From the NCBI GenBank assembly GCA_034670305.1, contig JAXMNT010000038.1, positions 1-64,000 on the forward strand: 64,000 nt of DNA, given 5' to 3'. The translations under genes were made by a program, and so were the position numbers. The notes below the pieces were generated by a model. It was not told the origin of the DNA. It saw only the letters and a list, made by a program, of their open reading frames with translations, and did not search any database. Source of the stretch: Deltaproteobacteria bacterium (GTDB lineage Bacteria > Myxococcota_A > Polyangia > Polyangiales > Houyiibacteriaceae). Positions 29,748 through 38,993 of this stretch are shown here, in pieces (position 1 is the stretch's first letter; each line of letters begins with the position of its first letter).

Positions 29748-30428
29748 ATGTCGATGGCACAAGCGGCGCTCGATGCAGCGCGCGGTTACTTGAAGACGCA
29801 CCCCGAAGAGATCGGTCGCGCCATGCGCAACGCGCTCGGCCTCCGGGTCGGTGTCCCGATCAATGCACTGCGATGGCTCGGCCGACAGGCGGAGAAGTCC
29901 GGCAAGGTGGAGGATCTGAAGATCGATCCGACCCCGCCCGGGATCCGCGTGGGCGCCAGCATCGATCTGATGCACACGCCGATTCGCGCGAGCGCGATCA
30001 TCTTCATCGACCGCGTGGTCTTCAACGAAGACGAACTCACCGTCGCGCTGCGACTCGAAGAAGTGTCGCTCAAGCTCAACGGCGAAGCCGAGACGCCGGT
30101 CGCCGCGCTCATCAAGAGTGGCGCGCTCGATCTGAGCCGGCCGGGCACGTTGCTCAACTACATGCCGAAGCGCAGCCCGGTGATCGCCGAGGCCTCGGAC
30201 AACCGCATCACGCTCGATCTGATGCGGGATCCCAAGATCGCGAAGAACAAACTTCTCCGGAACGCCATTGGCGCGGTGACCTCGTTCTTCACGTTGCAGA
30301 CGATCGCGACCGACACGAGCCACCTGGACATCTCGTTCCGAGCGTTCCCTGGCGGCATCCGCGGCGCCGCCCGTTCGGTCCGCCAGCACGTGCTCCTGCC
30401 GTCGATCGGCAAGATCCTCCCCGGCTGA
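29748..30428 (+). CDS. Hypothetical protein
   Basis: Typical GC3-rich codon usage and operon position; no recognised motif. Confidence 0.7.
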   Translation: MSMAQAALDAARGYLKTHPEEIGRAMRNALGLRVGVPINALRWLGRQAEKSGKVEDLKIDPTPPGIRVGASIDLMHTPIRASAIIFIDRVVFNEDELTVALRLEEVSLKLNGEAETPVAALIKSGALDLSRPGTLLNYMPKRSPVIAEASDNRITLDLMRDPKIAKNKLLRNAIGAVTSFFTLQTIATDTSHLDISFRAFPGGIRGAARSVRQHVLLPSIGKILPG

Positions 30429-30461
30429 AGTCTCGCGAAGCGAGCCAGGCCCGTAGTGCTA
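30429..30461 (+). repeat. Dispersed REP-like repeat, copy 2
   Basis: AGTCTCGCGAAGCGAGCCAGGCCCGTAGTGCTA. Confidence 0.85.
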
Positions 30462-30471
30462 GACTAGAAGC

Positions 30472-32280
30472 GTGAAGGCGCTCATCAAGGTCGGCTACGC
30501 CTGCAACGACCATTGCGGCTTCTGCCACACGTTGCACGTGCGCGACGTGCAGGGCAGCGCCGACGAAGTGAGCGCGAAGATCGTCCGGGCGCACGAGCTC
30601 GGCCACACGATGATCGTGCTCAGCGGCGGTGAACCGACCATTCGGCCGGAGCTCCAAGCGTGGGCACAGCAGTCCGCCGATCTCGGCATGGACTTCGGGC
30701 TCGTGACGAACGGTCGCATGCTGGCGTACCCGGAGGTCGTCGACGCATTGATCGAACGCCGACTCAAGTACGTCTACCTCTCGCTGCACGGCGGCACCGA
30801 CCGGGTGCACAACCTGATGGTGCGGAGCCATGCATTCGAGGAGACCTACGGTGCGCTCGCGAACCTCACCGGACGCGGCATCGACCTGCACATCAACTGC
30901 GTCATCACCAAGCAGAACATGAAACATCTGCGCGGCGTGGTGGACGCCTGCCTGCCTTACGAGGACGCGCAGGTGAAGTTCTCCATGGTCGAGCCGAAGG
31001 GCGGCGGCGATGTGCTCTTTCACCGATTGATGCCGCGCGTCGCCGAGGTCGCCGGCCACGTCCGCGATGCGCTCGCGTACGCGGCGACCAAGACCGCGGG
31101 TCGACCGGGACCGACGTTCGCCCACGGCGCGATCCCGCTCTGTCTCATGCCGGGCCACGAAGCGGCGTTCGACGACCTCAAGACCCATGCGTTCCGGACC
31201 ATGGTCGAAGTCGGCGAGACGGACTTCTTTCCGGTCGACGACCTGAACAAGGTGCAGCCGCCCGAGAAGTGCGGGTCCTGTTCCCTGCGCGGGCCGTGTC
31301 CAGGTCTTTACAAGGGGTACGCGGAGTCCTTCGGGAGCGACGAGCTCATCCCGCGTGCCGAACCGGAAGTGTCGGTGCCGCGGGGCAACAGCTTCAACTT
31401 CGTCTTCGTTCGGCGCTGGGCCACCGAGGTTCCGTGCGCGCTGCGCGACGCGGAGCTCGGTGTCACGCCCTGGGACCGCGGCCGGGATCTCTTCGTGCGG
31501 CACGACGGCAAGCTGGGCCTGTACCGATGCGAGAGCCGAGACTTCTCCGACGTCGACATCGCGCACATCAAACACGACCTCGGTCAGATCTACGTGGACG
31601 CGTCCCGTGGCAAAGCCGCGCCGGACGACTTCGCGAAAGACCTGGTCAAACTCCAGCGCTCGAGCACCTGCGAAGGCTGTTCGTTCGAAGCCACCTGCAC
31701 CGGCATGTTCGAGCCGGTGTTCGAAGACGTGTTCACCCGCGACGACCAGACGATCCGCGCGCTGCTCGAGACCGCCACCGGCGACGTGCTCGACCTCGGC
31801 TGCGGCGCCGGTCCTTACGCGGCGCTGCTCAAACCGCGGGTCGCCGAACAGCAGCTCTCCTACGTCGGCGTCGACCCGGACGAACACGCGCTCGGCCGCG
31901 TGCGGGCGGAGTGGCCGGACGTCGAGTTGCTCGCGGCCGAGGGCGAAGACCTCTCTCCCCTGGGCGAACGCACGTTCGATCGCGTGTTCGTACTCCGCAG
32001 CTGGAACCACCTGCACGACCCCGACGCGGTGCTGGTCGAGGTGCTTCGGCACTTGCGGGAGGACGGAGAGCTCGTCGTCTCAGACGACGTCGCGTTCGGA
32101 CTCGCCAGAAGCGCGCCCCAAGCGAAGGTCGGCGAACGCGAGGGGGCGTTTGAACACCACCGCAACGATGGGCTCGACGCCTGCGCACGGGTGCTCGAGC
32201 GACACGGCCTGCACGTGTTCGAGCGCCACGACGTCGAGCGCCAGACCAGCAACCGCTGGCTCCTGCGCGCCCGCCGCTGA
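30472..32280 (+). CDS. Radical SAM enzyme fused to a class I SAM methyltransferase
   Basis: CNDHCGFC, SGGEPT, TNGRML, IPLC, two CxxCx5C motifs, C-terminal VLDLGCGAG. Confidence 0.88.
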   Translation: MKALIKVGYACNDHCGFCHTLHVRDVQGSADEVSAKIVRAHELGHTMIVLSGGEPTIRPELQAWAQQSADLGMDFGLVTNGRMLAYPEVVDALIERRLKYVYLSLHGGTDRVHNLMVRSHAFEETYGALANLTGRGIDLHINCVITKQNMKHLRGVVDACLPYEDAQVKFSMVEPKGGGDVLFHRLMPRVAEVAGHVRDALAYAATKTAGRPGPTFAHGAIPLCLMPGHEAAFDDLKTHAFRTMVEVGETDFFPVDDLNKVQPPEKCGSCSLRGPCPGLYKGYAESFGSDELIPRAEPEVSVPRGNSFNFVFVRRWATEVPCALRDAELGVTPWDRGRDLFVRHDGKLGLYRCESRDFSDVDIAHIKHDLGQIYVDASRGKAAPDDFAKDLVKLQRSSTCEGCSFEATCTGMFEPVFEDVFTRDDQTIRALLETATGDVLDLGCGAGPYAALLKPRVAEQQLSYVGVDPDEHALGRVRAEWPDVELLAAEGEDLSPLGERTFDRVFVLRSWNHLHDPDAVLVEVLRHLREDGELVVSDDVAFGLARSAPQAKVGEREGAFEHHRNDGLDACARVLERHGLHVFERHDVERQTSNRWLLRARR

Positions 32281-32323
32281 GCGGCACCCGGAACTCTGGC
32301 GCCCGGGCGCTGTCGTACCGGGC

Positions 32324-32953
32324 GTGCGCTTCATCGGGTTCGCGGTTGTCACGACATTGGCCATGCTCTTTTGGGCATCCGGCACGAATGAACGCGCGCT
32401 CGAAGCACGGGAGTCCGAGTTCGGCGGCATCCAGCCCGGCGACTTGGTCTTCCAAGATCTCGAGTGTGGGCTCCGCTGCGCACTCATCCGGCGCATGACG
32501 CGCTCGCGCTACACCCATGTGGGCATCGTTCTGGAAGAAGACGGCGAGCGGGTCGTGTGGGAGGCCTACGCGCCGGTCGGTCACGTGCCGCTCGCAGAGT
32601 GGGTCGCGCGCGGGAGGCAGGGGCTGTTGGCCGTCTACCGTCCGAGCGGCGCCTGGGATCAGGACCGGGTCGCGGCGGAAGTGCGCCTTCAGGCCGGCCG
32701 TCCGTACGACGGCGACTATCAGTGGGACGAAGCACGGATCTACTGCAGCGAGCTCATCGCGAAGGCCTACGAACGGGCTGCGGGTGAGTCCGTGTTTCCG
32801 CCGCACACGGTCGACCTCGGACAGGAGGCGCCCCGCATCGCGCGGCTGACCGGTGGGCGGCTCACCCCAGAGACGCAGATGGTCACGCCCTACGATCTGA
32901 CCCAGCACCCGGGCATCCGGCGGGTCGTCGATCAGCTCGCCGACGATCGCTGA
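32324..32953 (+). CDS. Permuted papain-like NlpC/P60 amidase (YiiX/YebB family)
   Basis: QPGDLVFQ, SRYTHVGI, GRPYD, IYCSELI (His before Cys). Confidence 0.88.
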   Translation: MRFIGFAVVTTLAMLFWASGTNERALEARESEFGGIQPGDLVFQDLECGLRCALIRRMTRSRYTHVGIVLEEDGERVVWEAYAPVGHVPLAEWVARGRQGLLAVYRPSGAWDQDRVAAEVRLQAGRPYDGDYQWDEARIYCSELIAKAYERAAGESVFPPHTVDLGQEAPRIARLTGGRLTPETQMVTPYDLTQHPGIRRVVDQLADDR

Positions 32954-33206
32954 ACACCATACGCGAAGCATGACCGGTCGGTCCGGAAGCGCCGCCGTGC
33001 GTGTGGCTTCTCACGGGGGTGTTCGGCCACACCGACCAGAAACCGCGACGATCGCGAACCACCGTCAATCGCGGGCAATTGTGGGCTTGTCCGGACCTTG
33101 CACACCGTTCGCACGCGTTGCTAGGGTTCCGCCGCGACGTGTGTCTCGGTCGGTCGTGTGGTCCGCCCGATTCATCCCTTCGCAACTTCTGGAGGCCTTG
33201 CTTCGC

Positions 33207-35066
33207 ATGTGTCCGACTCGTGTGTGTGTCGTGCTGGTTCTGTCTGCGTTGTCCGCGTGTGTGGTGGATGACGCCGGCTCTCGAACCAGCGCCATCGTCA
33301 ATGGAGAACAAGTCGAAGGCACCGAGCCGGCGACGGTCGCCGTCCTCAACCGCTTCGGTGGCTTGTGCACCGGTACGCTCATCGCGCCGCGCGTGGTGCT
33401 GACGGCCAAACACTGCGTTCAGAACCCAGGCGCCTCCGAGCCGGGGTCCCCGGGCGCGTTCGTGATCGGCGTAGGCGACAACATCAACCGCCTCGAACGC
33501 ACCTTCTCGGTCAGCGACGTGGTGACGACCCCGGGTGTGTACTCCGACCGGGGTGGCCTCTCGGGCGCATTGGTCGGCATCGACATCGCGCTGGTCACGA
33601 CCACCACCGTCGTGGATGGCGTCACCCCGATCCCGGTCCACCGCGGCGACCCCCGTGACCTCATCGGTCAGGACGTGCGCGCGGTTGGGTTCGGACAGAT
33701 TCCAAGCGGCTCCGCCGGCCGCAAGTACCGAACCGTCAACGACATCGTCAACGTGGCCGGCAACGTCATCTACATGAACCCGACGATTTGCCAGGGCGAC
33801 TCGGGCGGCCCTCTGCTGACCATGGACCCGGAAGAAGTCGTCGGCATCGCTTCCTTCGGTACGGGGGCGTGTGGGAGCGGACGCAATGGGCACAACGTCG
33901 TGTATGCGTTCCTCGAGATGGTGGACGACGCGATCCGCGCCAGTGGTGTGTGCGTGGGCGACGGCGAAGAGGTGTGTGACGGCGAAGACAACGACTGCGA
34001 CGACGCGGTGGACGAAGACTGCTCCCGGGTCGGCGAAACCTGCACCGACGACAGCGAGTGCGTGACGCTCTTGTGCCGCGAGATCGACGGAGCACGCATC
34101 TGCACCCAGGACTGCAACCCGCTGCGGCCGTTCAGCTCCTGTCCCCCGTCCATGTTCTGCGCGACCACTGCGGGATGCGACGGCCAATGCGTGTTCGGCG
34201 AAGAGGGCGCGGGCATGAACGACGAGACGTGCGAGGACGCGACCGACTGTGCCTCGCTCTTCTGCGCCGATCCGGGCGACGGGCGCAAGCGCTGCCTCGA
34301 CCCGTGCATGGGCGACGCCGGTACGTGCCTCGCGGGCGACGTCTGCGCCGCGCCTCCGATGGCGTGCGGTGGATGTGTGCCGGCGGCCCTGGTGGGCGAA
34401 GCACGCGGCATCGGTGAACCCTGCGAAGGGCCCGAGTCCTGCCGGAGCGAGATCTGCTTCACCGAGGAGAGCGCGTCGTACTGCAGCCGAGACTGCACCG
34501 TCGACAGCGATTGCGGAGAGGCCTTCCACTGCCGGCCGCCCAGCGACGCGTCCCCCGGACGCTGCGTCCGCGGCGAACGAGGTGGCGTGGGCAGCGGCTG
34601 CGTCGACAACCCGGACTGCGGCGAAGGGTTCTTCTGTGCCGCCCTCGGCGAGACCCGCTGGTGTACGAGCTTCTGCCGCGAGACGGACGAATGCCCGCCG
34701 GAGTTCACCTGCGAGCTCGTTGGCGAAGACACGTCCATCTGCGTGCCCGAACGGGGCGTGGTCGGCGCGCCGTGCATGGGGGCCGACGAGTGCATCTCCG
34801 CCCTCTGCGAGCCGGTCGGCGTCGAAGAGGCGCTCATCTGCAGCCGCGAGTGCGGCGGCGATGCCCCGTGCGACCCCGGTTTCGAATGCCGGCGTAGCGA
34901 AGACGGCTCGGTGGCGTACTGCACCCGGACCCTGGTCCCCGAAGTCGTCGAATCGGGCGGCTGCGCCACCGGCGGTGCGTCGGCCGGCTCTGGTTTCTTT
35001 CTGTTTCTCTTGATCTTCGCCGCACGTCGGCGCCGTTCCATCTCACGAGGTTCCCATGCGTCGTAG
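33207..35066 (+). CDS. S1 serine protease with Cys-rich repeats and MYXO-CTERM-like tail
   Basis: IVNG, CTGTLIAPRVVLTAKHC, DIAL, CQGDSGGP; tail GGC-TM-RRRR. Confidence 0.9.
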   Translation: MCPTRVCVVLVLSALSACVVDDAGSRTSAIVNGEQVEGTEPATVAVLNRFGGLCTGTLIAPRVVLTAKHCVQNPGASEPGSPGAFVIGVGDNINRLERTFSVSDVVTTPGVYSDRGGLSGALVGIDIALVTTTTVVDGVTPIPVHRGDPRDLIGQDVRAVGFGQIPSGSAGRKYRTVNDIVNVAGNVIYMNPTICQGDSGGPLLTMDPEEVVGIASFGTGACGSGRNGHNVVYAFLEMVDDAIRASGVCVGDGEEVCDGEDNDCDDAVDEDCSRVGETCTDDSECVTLLCREIDGARICTQDCNPLRPFSSCPPSMFCATTAGCDGQCVFGEEGAGMNDETCEDATDCASLFCADPGDGRKRCLDPCMGDAGTCLAGDVCAAPPMACGGCVPAALVGEARGIGEPCEGPESCRSEICFTEESASYCSRDCTVDSDCGEAFHCRPPSDASPGRCVRGERGGVGSGCVDNPDCGEGFFCAALGETRWCTSFCRETDECPPEFTCELVGEDTSICVPERGVVGAPCMGADECISALCEPVGVEEALICSRECGGDAPCDPGFECRRSEDGSVAYCTRTLVPEVVESGGCATGGASAGSGFFLFLLIFAARRRRSISRGSHAS

Positions 35067-36882
35067 CGCCGTTCTCTTGTTGATCCTGTCCGCTTGCGTC
35101 GCGGATCCCTACGGCGCCTCGGAGTACGAGATCGTCGACGGCACGAACGACACCGAACACCCCGAAGTGGTGTTCCTCTACCAGACCATCGGCGCGGCCT
35201 GCACCGCGACGGTGATCGCGCCGCGTGTCGTGCTGACGGCCAAACACTGTGTGCAAGACCGGGGGCAGAACCGCGCCGCTGCGGCGTCCACGTTCCGCAT
35301 CCTGATCGGCACCAACTCCCGCCGCGCCACTGCGCAGTACTTTGCGCAGGAAGTGCGTCCGGCACCGGGCCGCTGGGACCTGCGCGACGCGTCGGACGTC
35401 GCCGTCATCATCACGACCGAACCGATCCGCGAGGTCACGCCGCGCGCGATGAACTTCGGCAACCCATCCGCGCTCAACGGGCGCACCTTCACCGCGGTCG
35501 GCTACGGCCAGACGCCGAGTGGCGGAAGCGGTACCCGGCTGACCACGTTCAAGACCGTGCAGGGCACCGAGCGCGGCTTCATCTACGTGCGCCCCTCGGT
35601 GTGTTCGGGCGACTCCGGCGGCCCGCTCATCGGACCGGAAGGCGACATCTGGGGCGTGGCGTCGTTCATCTACAGTGAGACCGGCGGTTCGCCTTCGTGC
35701 GGCAGCGCGCCGGGCGCCTACAACAGCATTCAGTCCTACCAGTCGCTCATCGAGACCGCGATCGAAGACAGCGGTTCCTGCGTCCCGTCGGAAGAGGTCT
35801 GCAACGGCATCGACGACAACTGCGACGAAGTCGTCGACGAGGGCTGCACGCCGCTCGGTGAACCCTGCGTTGCCGACGGCGAGTGCGTCGGAGAGACCTG
35901 CCGCCAGGTCTCGCCGGACTCCGGCAAGATCTGCACGATCGGCTGCAACCCGCTCGAGCCCGAGATCGGATGCATGGAAGGGTTCTACTGTGCCAGCGAG
36001 GGCTGCGACGGATTCTGCGCACCCGGCGTGCGCGGGGAACTCGACCTCGAGGCGGACTGCACCGCCGACACGGACTGTTACTTGCTCAACTGCGAGGACC
36101 CGGGCGATGGCCGGTCGCGATGCCTCGCGCGTTGCATCGGTGACGGCGGCAACTGCCTCGCCGGCGAAGTCTGCGCGGCGCCCTCGGGTGCGTGCGGCGC
36201 GTGTGTCGACCGGGCGCTCGTCGGCGAAGCACGTGGCTACGGCGAGCCGTGCGACATGGACTCGGAGTGCGCGAGCGCGCTCTGCCTCGAAGACGAGCAC
36301 AGCCTTTACTGCTCGCGCACCTGCGAGACCGACGAAGACTGCGGCGACACCTTCCACTGCCGGACCGTGGGAACCGAACCGGAGGTGATGCGCGCGTGCG
36401 TGCGTGGTCCGCGCGGCGACGTGGGCGACGCGTGCGTGACCAACGAGGACTGCGGCTCCGGCATCTGTGCGGTGCTCGGCGATCGCACGTGGTGTACCGC
36501 GATGTGCAACCCGGACGACGGATGCGTAGACGGCTTCTCTTGCGAGCCGGTGGGGGAGAGCATGATCTGTGTGCCCGAGAGCAGCCTGGTCGGCGAAGAG
36601 TGCATGGAGAACGCGGACTGCACGTCCGGCTTGTGCGCCATCGGCACCGCCTCGGGCAACGTCTGCACCCGGTTCTGCGACGGCGGCGAACTCGCCTGCG
36701 CTTCGGGCTTCGAGTGTGTGCGCATCAGCGGCGGTCGCGAGAGCATTTGTCTGCCCGCGGGTGGGAACGAGCCCGCTTCGGGCGGCGGGTGCAACGTGGC
36801 GCTCGACCGCTCGTCGGGTACGCCGTTGGCACTCGGGTTCGGTCTGTTGCTCGCGTTCGTGTGGCGGCGTCGCACCCGTTGA
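35056..36882 (+). CDS. Paralogous S1 serine protease with Cys-rich repeats and MYXO-CTERM-like tail
   Basis: IVDG, LTAKHC, DVAV, CSGDSGGP; colinear with upstream paralog; tail GGGC-TM-RRRTR. Confidence 0.9.
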   Translation: MRRSAVLLLILSACVADPYGASEYEIVDGTNDTEHPEVVFLYQTIGAACTATVIAPRVVLTAKHCVQDRGQNRAAAASTFRILIGTNSRRATAQYFAQEVRPAPGRWDLRDASDVAVIITTEPIREVTPRAMNFGNPSALNGRTFTAVGYGQTPSGGSGTRLTTFKTVQGTERGFIYVRPSVCSGDSGGPLIGPEGDIWGVASFIYSETGGSPSCGSAPGAYNSIQSYQSLIETAIEDSGSCVPSEEVCNGIDDNCDEVVDEGCTPLGEPCVADGECVGETCRQVSPDSGKICTIGCNPLEPEIGCMEGFYCASEGCDGFCAPGVRGELDLEADCTADTDCYLLNCEDPGDGRSRCLARCIGDGGNCLAGEVCAAPSGACGACVDRALVGEARGYGEPCDMDSECASALCLEDEHSLYCSRTCETDEDCGDTFHCRTVGTEPEVMRACVRGPRGDVGDACVTNEDCGSGICAVLGDRTWCTAMCNPDDGCVDGFSCEPVGESMICVPESSLVGEECMENADCTSGLCAIGTASGNVCTRFCDGGELACASGFECVRISGGRESICLPAGGNEPASGGGCNVALDRSSGTPLALGFGLLLAFVWRRRTR

Positions 36883-36912
36883 GGTTCATCGGCGGTCCGC
36901 CGCACACGGATT

Positions 36913-36948
36913 CCACACGGACACGGGGGTTTTGCCCCGTGCGTGTGG
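36913..36948 (+). terminator. Intergenic hairpin, possible terminator
   Basis: CCACACGGACACGGGG GTTTTG CCCCGTGCGTGTGG imperfect stem after the protease pair. Confidence 0.4.
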
Positions 36949-37031
36949 TTGAAGTCACGGCACGCCGTAGATCCCGACCAAGGGATCACCGACCATGCAT
37001 GTGATGATTCGACCGGGGGGACGGAGAGACC

Positions 37032-38993
37032 ATGGAAGCTGACTCTGACTCCATCCAATTCACCGGACGCATTCTGTACCTCACCGAAGATCCGGAGCTC
37101 TTGCGCCGGCAGCTTGGTGGCGAGGACCTGCCGTTCGACGAAGAGCGGGCGCTGCGGAACAACATCAGCACCGACGAGATCACGCCGGGCTGGGTCTGCT
37201 TCTACTACGACGAGACGCTCGGTCGTTTCTCGATGGTCGGCCTCAAAGGCGGCGTCATCGAGAAGGACTCGATCAAGAACGGCGGCTTCGAAGTCATCGT
37301 CAGTGGTCTGAGCAAAGGCTGTGGCAGCAGCCGTGAGACGGCGCCGTACAGCGAGAAGGCCGCGGGCATCCGGCTCGTCATCGCGAAGAGCATCGAGAAG
37401 ATCTACGGACAGAACTGCCAGAACATCGGTCTGCTGACGTCGACCGATTTCGGCCTCATTCCGCGCATCCTCGCGGGCGAAGCGATCCCGAAATCCGAGT
37501 TCACCGATGGGCTCGATCCCATCAGCGCCGACATCGTCTCGAGCGGCGGCCTGTTTGCGTACAACCGGCTGCGCATGGCCGGCGAAACCGCACCGCCGAA
37601 GATCGAACGCGCGCCGCGCCCGATGACGCTCGTCGAGAAGATCATCGCGAAGAACGCGGTCGTGGACGCGCGAGAGTCGAAACTCGGCGTGCCCGCGGTG
37701 GCGCCGGGCGATGCGCTCTTCATTCGCGCCGACGTGCGGTTCAGCCACGAATACGTGACGCCGATGGCGGACTCGCTCTTTCGCGATGCCCTCGGCAACG
37801 ACGCGAAGGTGACCGACCCGGACAGCGTCTTCGCGTTCCGAGACCACCTCACCTTCCTCGGCGACGTGATGAGTCCAGAGAAGCGAGAGATGGGCCTGCT
37901 CACCCACGCCGACGGCCTCGCGACCACCCAGGCCGGCTTCGCGAAGAAGCACGGGCTCAAGCTCTACGGCGAGAGCGACCAAGGCGGCTCGGAAGCCATT
38001 TGCCACAACGCGGTGGTCGAAGACCTTGCGCTGCCGGGCGACGCGGTGGTCGGGACCGACAGCCACACCTGCATGGCCGGTGTGCTCGGCGCATTTGCGT
38101 TCGGCGTCGGCAGCACCGACATGGCGAACAGCTGGTACACGAAGGACGTGCGCGTTCGCGTGCCGGAGACGGTTCGATTCGTCCTGAACGGTTCGCTCCG
38201 TGCGGGCGTGAGCGCGAAGGACGTGATGCTTCACATCCTGAGCCAGCCCTTTTTCCGGACCAGCAAGGGCATCGGCAAGGTGCTCGAGTTCGCGGGGGAG
38301 GGCATCGCCAGCCTGCCGCTCGACGAGCGCGCGACGCTGACGAACATGGCGGTCGAGGCGGGCGGGTTCACCGGCATCATCGAAGCCGACGAAGTCATCG
38401 TGGACTACCTGCACGTGCAGCGCGGCCTCCCGAAGGAGGAACTGCGGGCGCGGATCCTCAAGAGCGATCCGGACGCGACCTACCTCGAGACGATCGAGAT
38501 CGACCTCGACGGCATCGGTCCGATGGTCGCGACGCCCGGCGACCCGCGCAACGGCATCGCGATGTCGGCGCTCGACGACGACGTCAAGATCGACATCGCC
38601 TACGGCGGCTCCTGCACCGGCGGCAAGAAGAGCGACATGGACATGTACGCCCAGGTCATCTCCGCCGCGCTCGAGCGTGGGCTCAAAGTGGCGGACGGGG
38701 TGGAGTGCTACATCCAGTTCGGCAGCCAACAGATCCGGAAGTACGCGGTCGAGAAGGGCTACCTCGCGCTCTTCGAGAAGGCCGGCGTCACGGTGATCGA
38801 CCCGAGCTGCGGCGCCTGCATCAACGCAGGCCCCGGTGCTTCGCGCACCAAAGAGCAGGTTTCGGTCAGCGCCCAGAACCGCAACTTCCCGGGCCGCAGC
38901 GGGCCCGGCCAGGTCTACCTGGCGAGCCCCCTGACCGTGGCCGCCAGCGCGATCATGGGACGCATCGTCCCCCCCGAAGCGATCCTCGGCTAG
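37032..38993 (+). CDS. Aconitase-family dehydratase, LeuD-like swivel domain fused N-terminal to LeuC-like domain
   Basis: NISTDEI and GCGSSRE (swivel), then MTLVEKII, GTDSHTC, GSCTGG, SCGACI, NRNFPGR, YLASP. Confidence 0.88.
   Translation: MEADSDSIQFTGRILYLTEDPELLRRQLGGEDLPFDEERALRNNISTDEITPGWVCFYYDETLGRFSMVGLKGGVIEKDSIKNGGFEVIVSGLSKGCGSSRETAPYSEKAAGIRLVIAKSIEKIYGQNCQNIGLLTSTDFGLIPRILAGEAIPKSEFTDGLDPISADIVSSGGLFAYNRLRMAGETAPPKIERAPRPMTLVEKIIAKNAVVDARESKLGVPAVAPGDALFIRADVRFSHEYVTPMADSLFRDALGNDAKVTDPDSVFAFRDHLTFLGDVMSPEKREMGLLTHADGLATTQAGFAKKHGLKLYGESDQGGSEAICHNAVVEDLALPGDAVVGTDSHTCMAGVLGAFAFGVGSTDMANSWYTKDVRVRVPETVRFVLNGSLRAGVSAKDVMLHILSQPFFRTSKGIGKVLEFAGEGIASLPLDERATLTNMAVEAGGFTGIIEADEVIVDYLHVQRGLPKEELRARILKSDPDATYLETIEIDLDGIGPMVATPGDPRNGIAMSALDDDVKIDIAYGGSCTGGKKSDMDMYAQVISAALERGLKVADGVECYIQFGSQQIRKYAVEKGYLALFEKAGVTVIDPSCGACINAGPGASRTKEQVSVSAQNRNFPGRSGPGQVYLASPLTVAASAIMGRIVPPEAILG

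Noticed and set aside
37032-38993. AcnX of the archaeal-type mevalonate pathway
   Set aside because: Motifs are LeuC/LeuD-type (DSHT, GSSRE, NRNF), not AcnX
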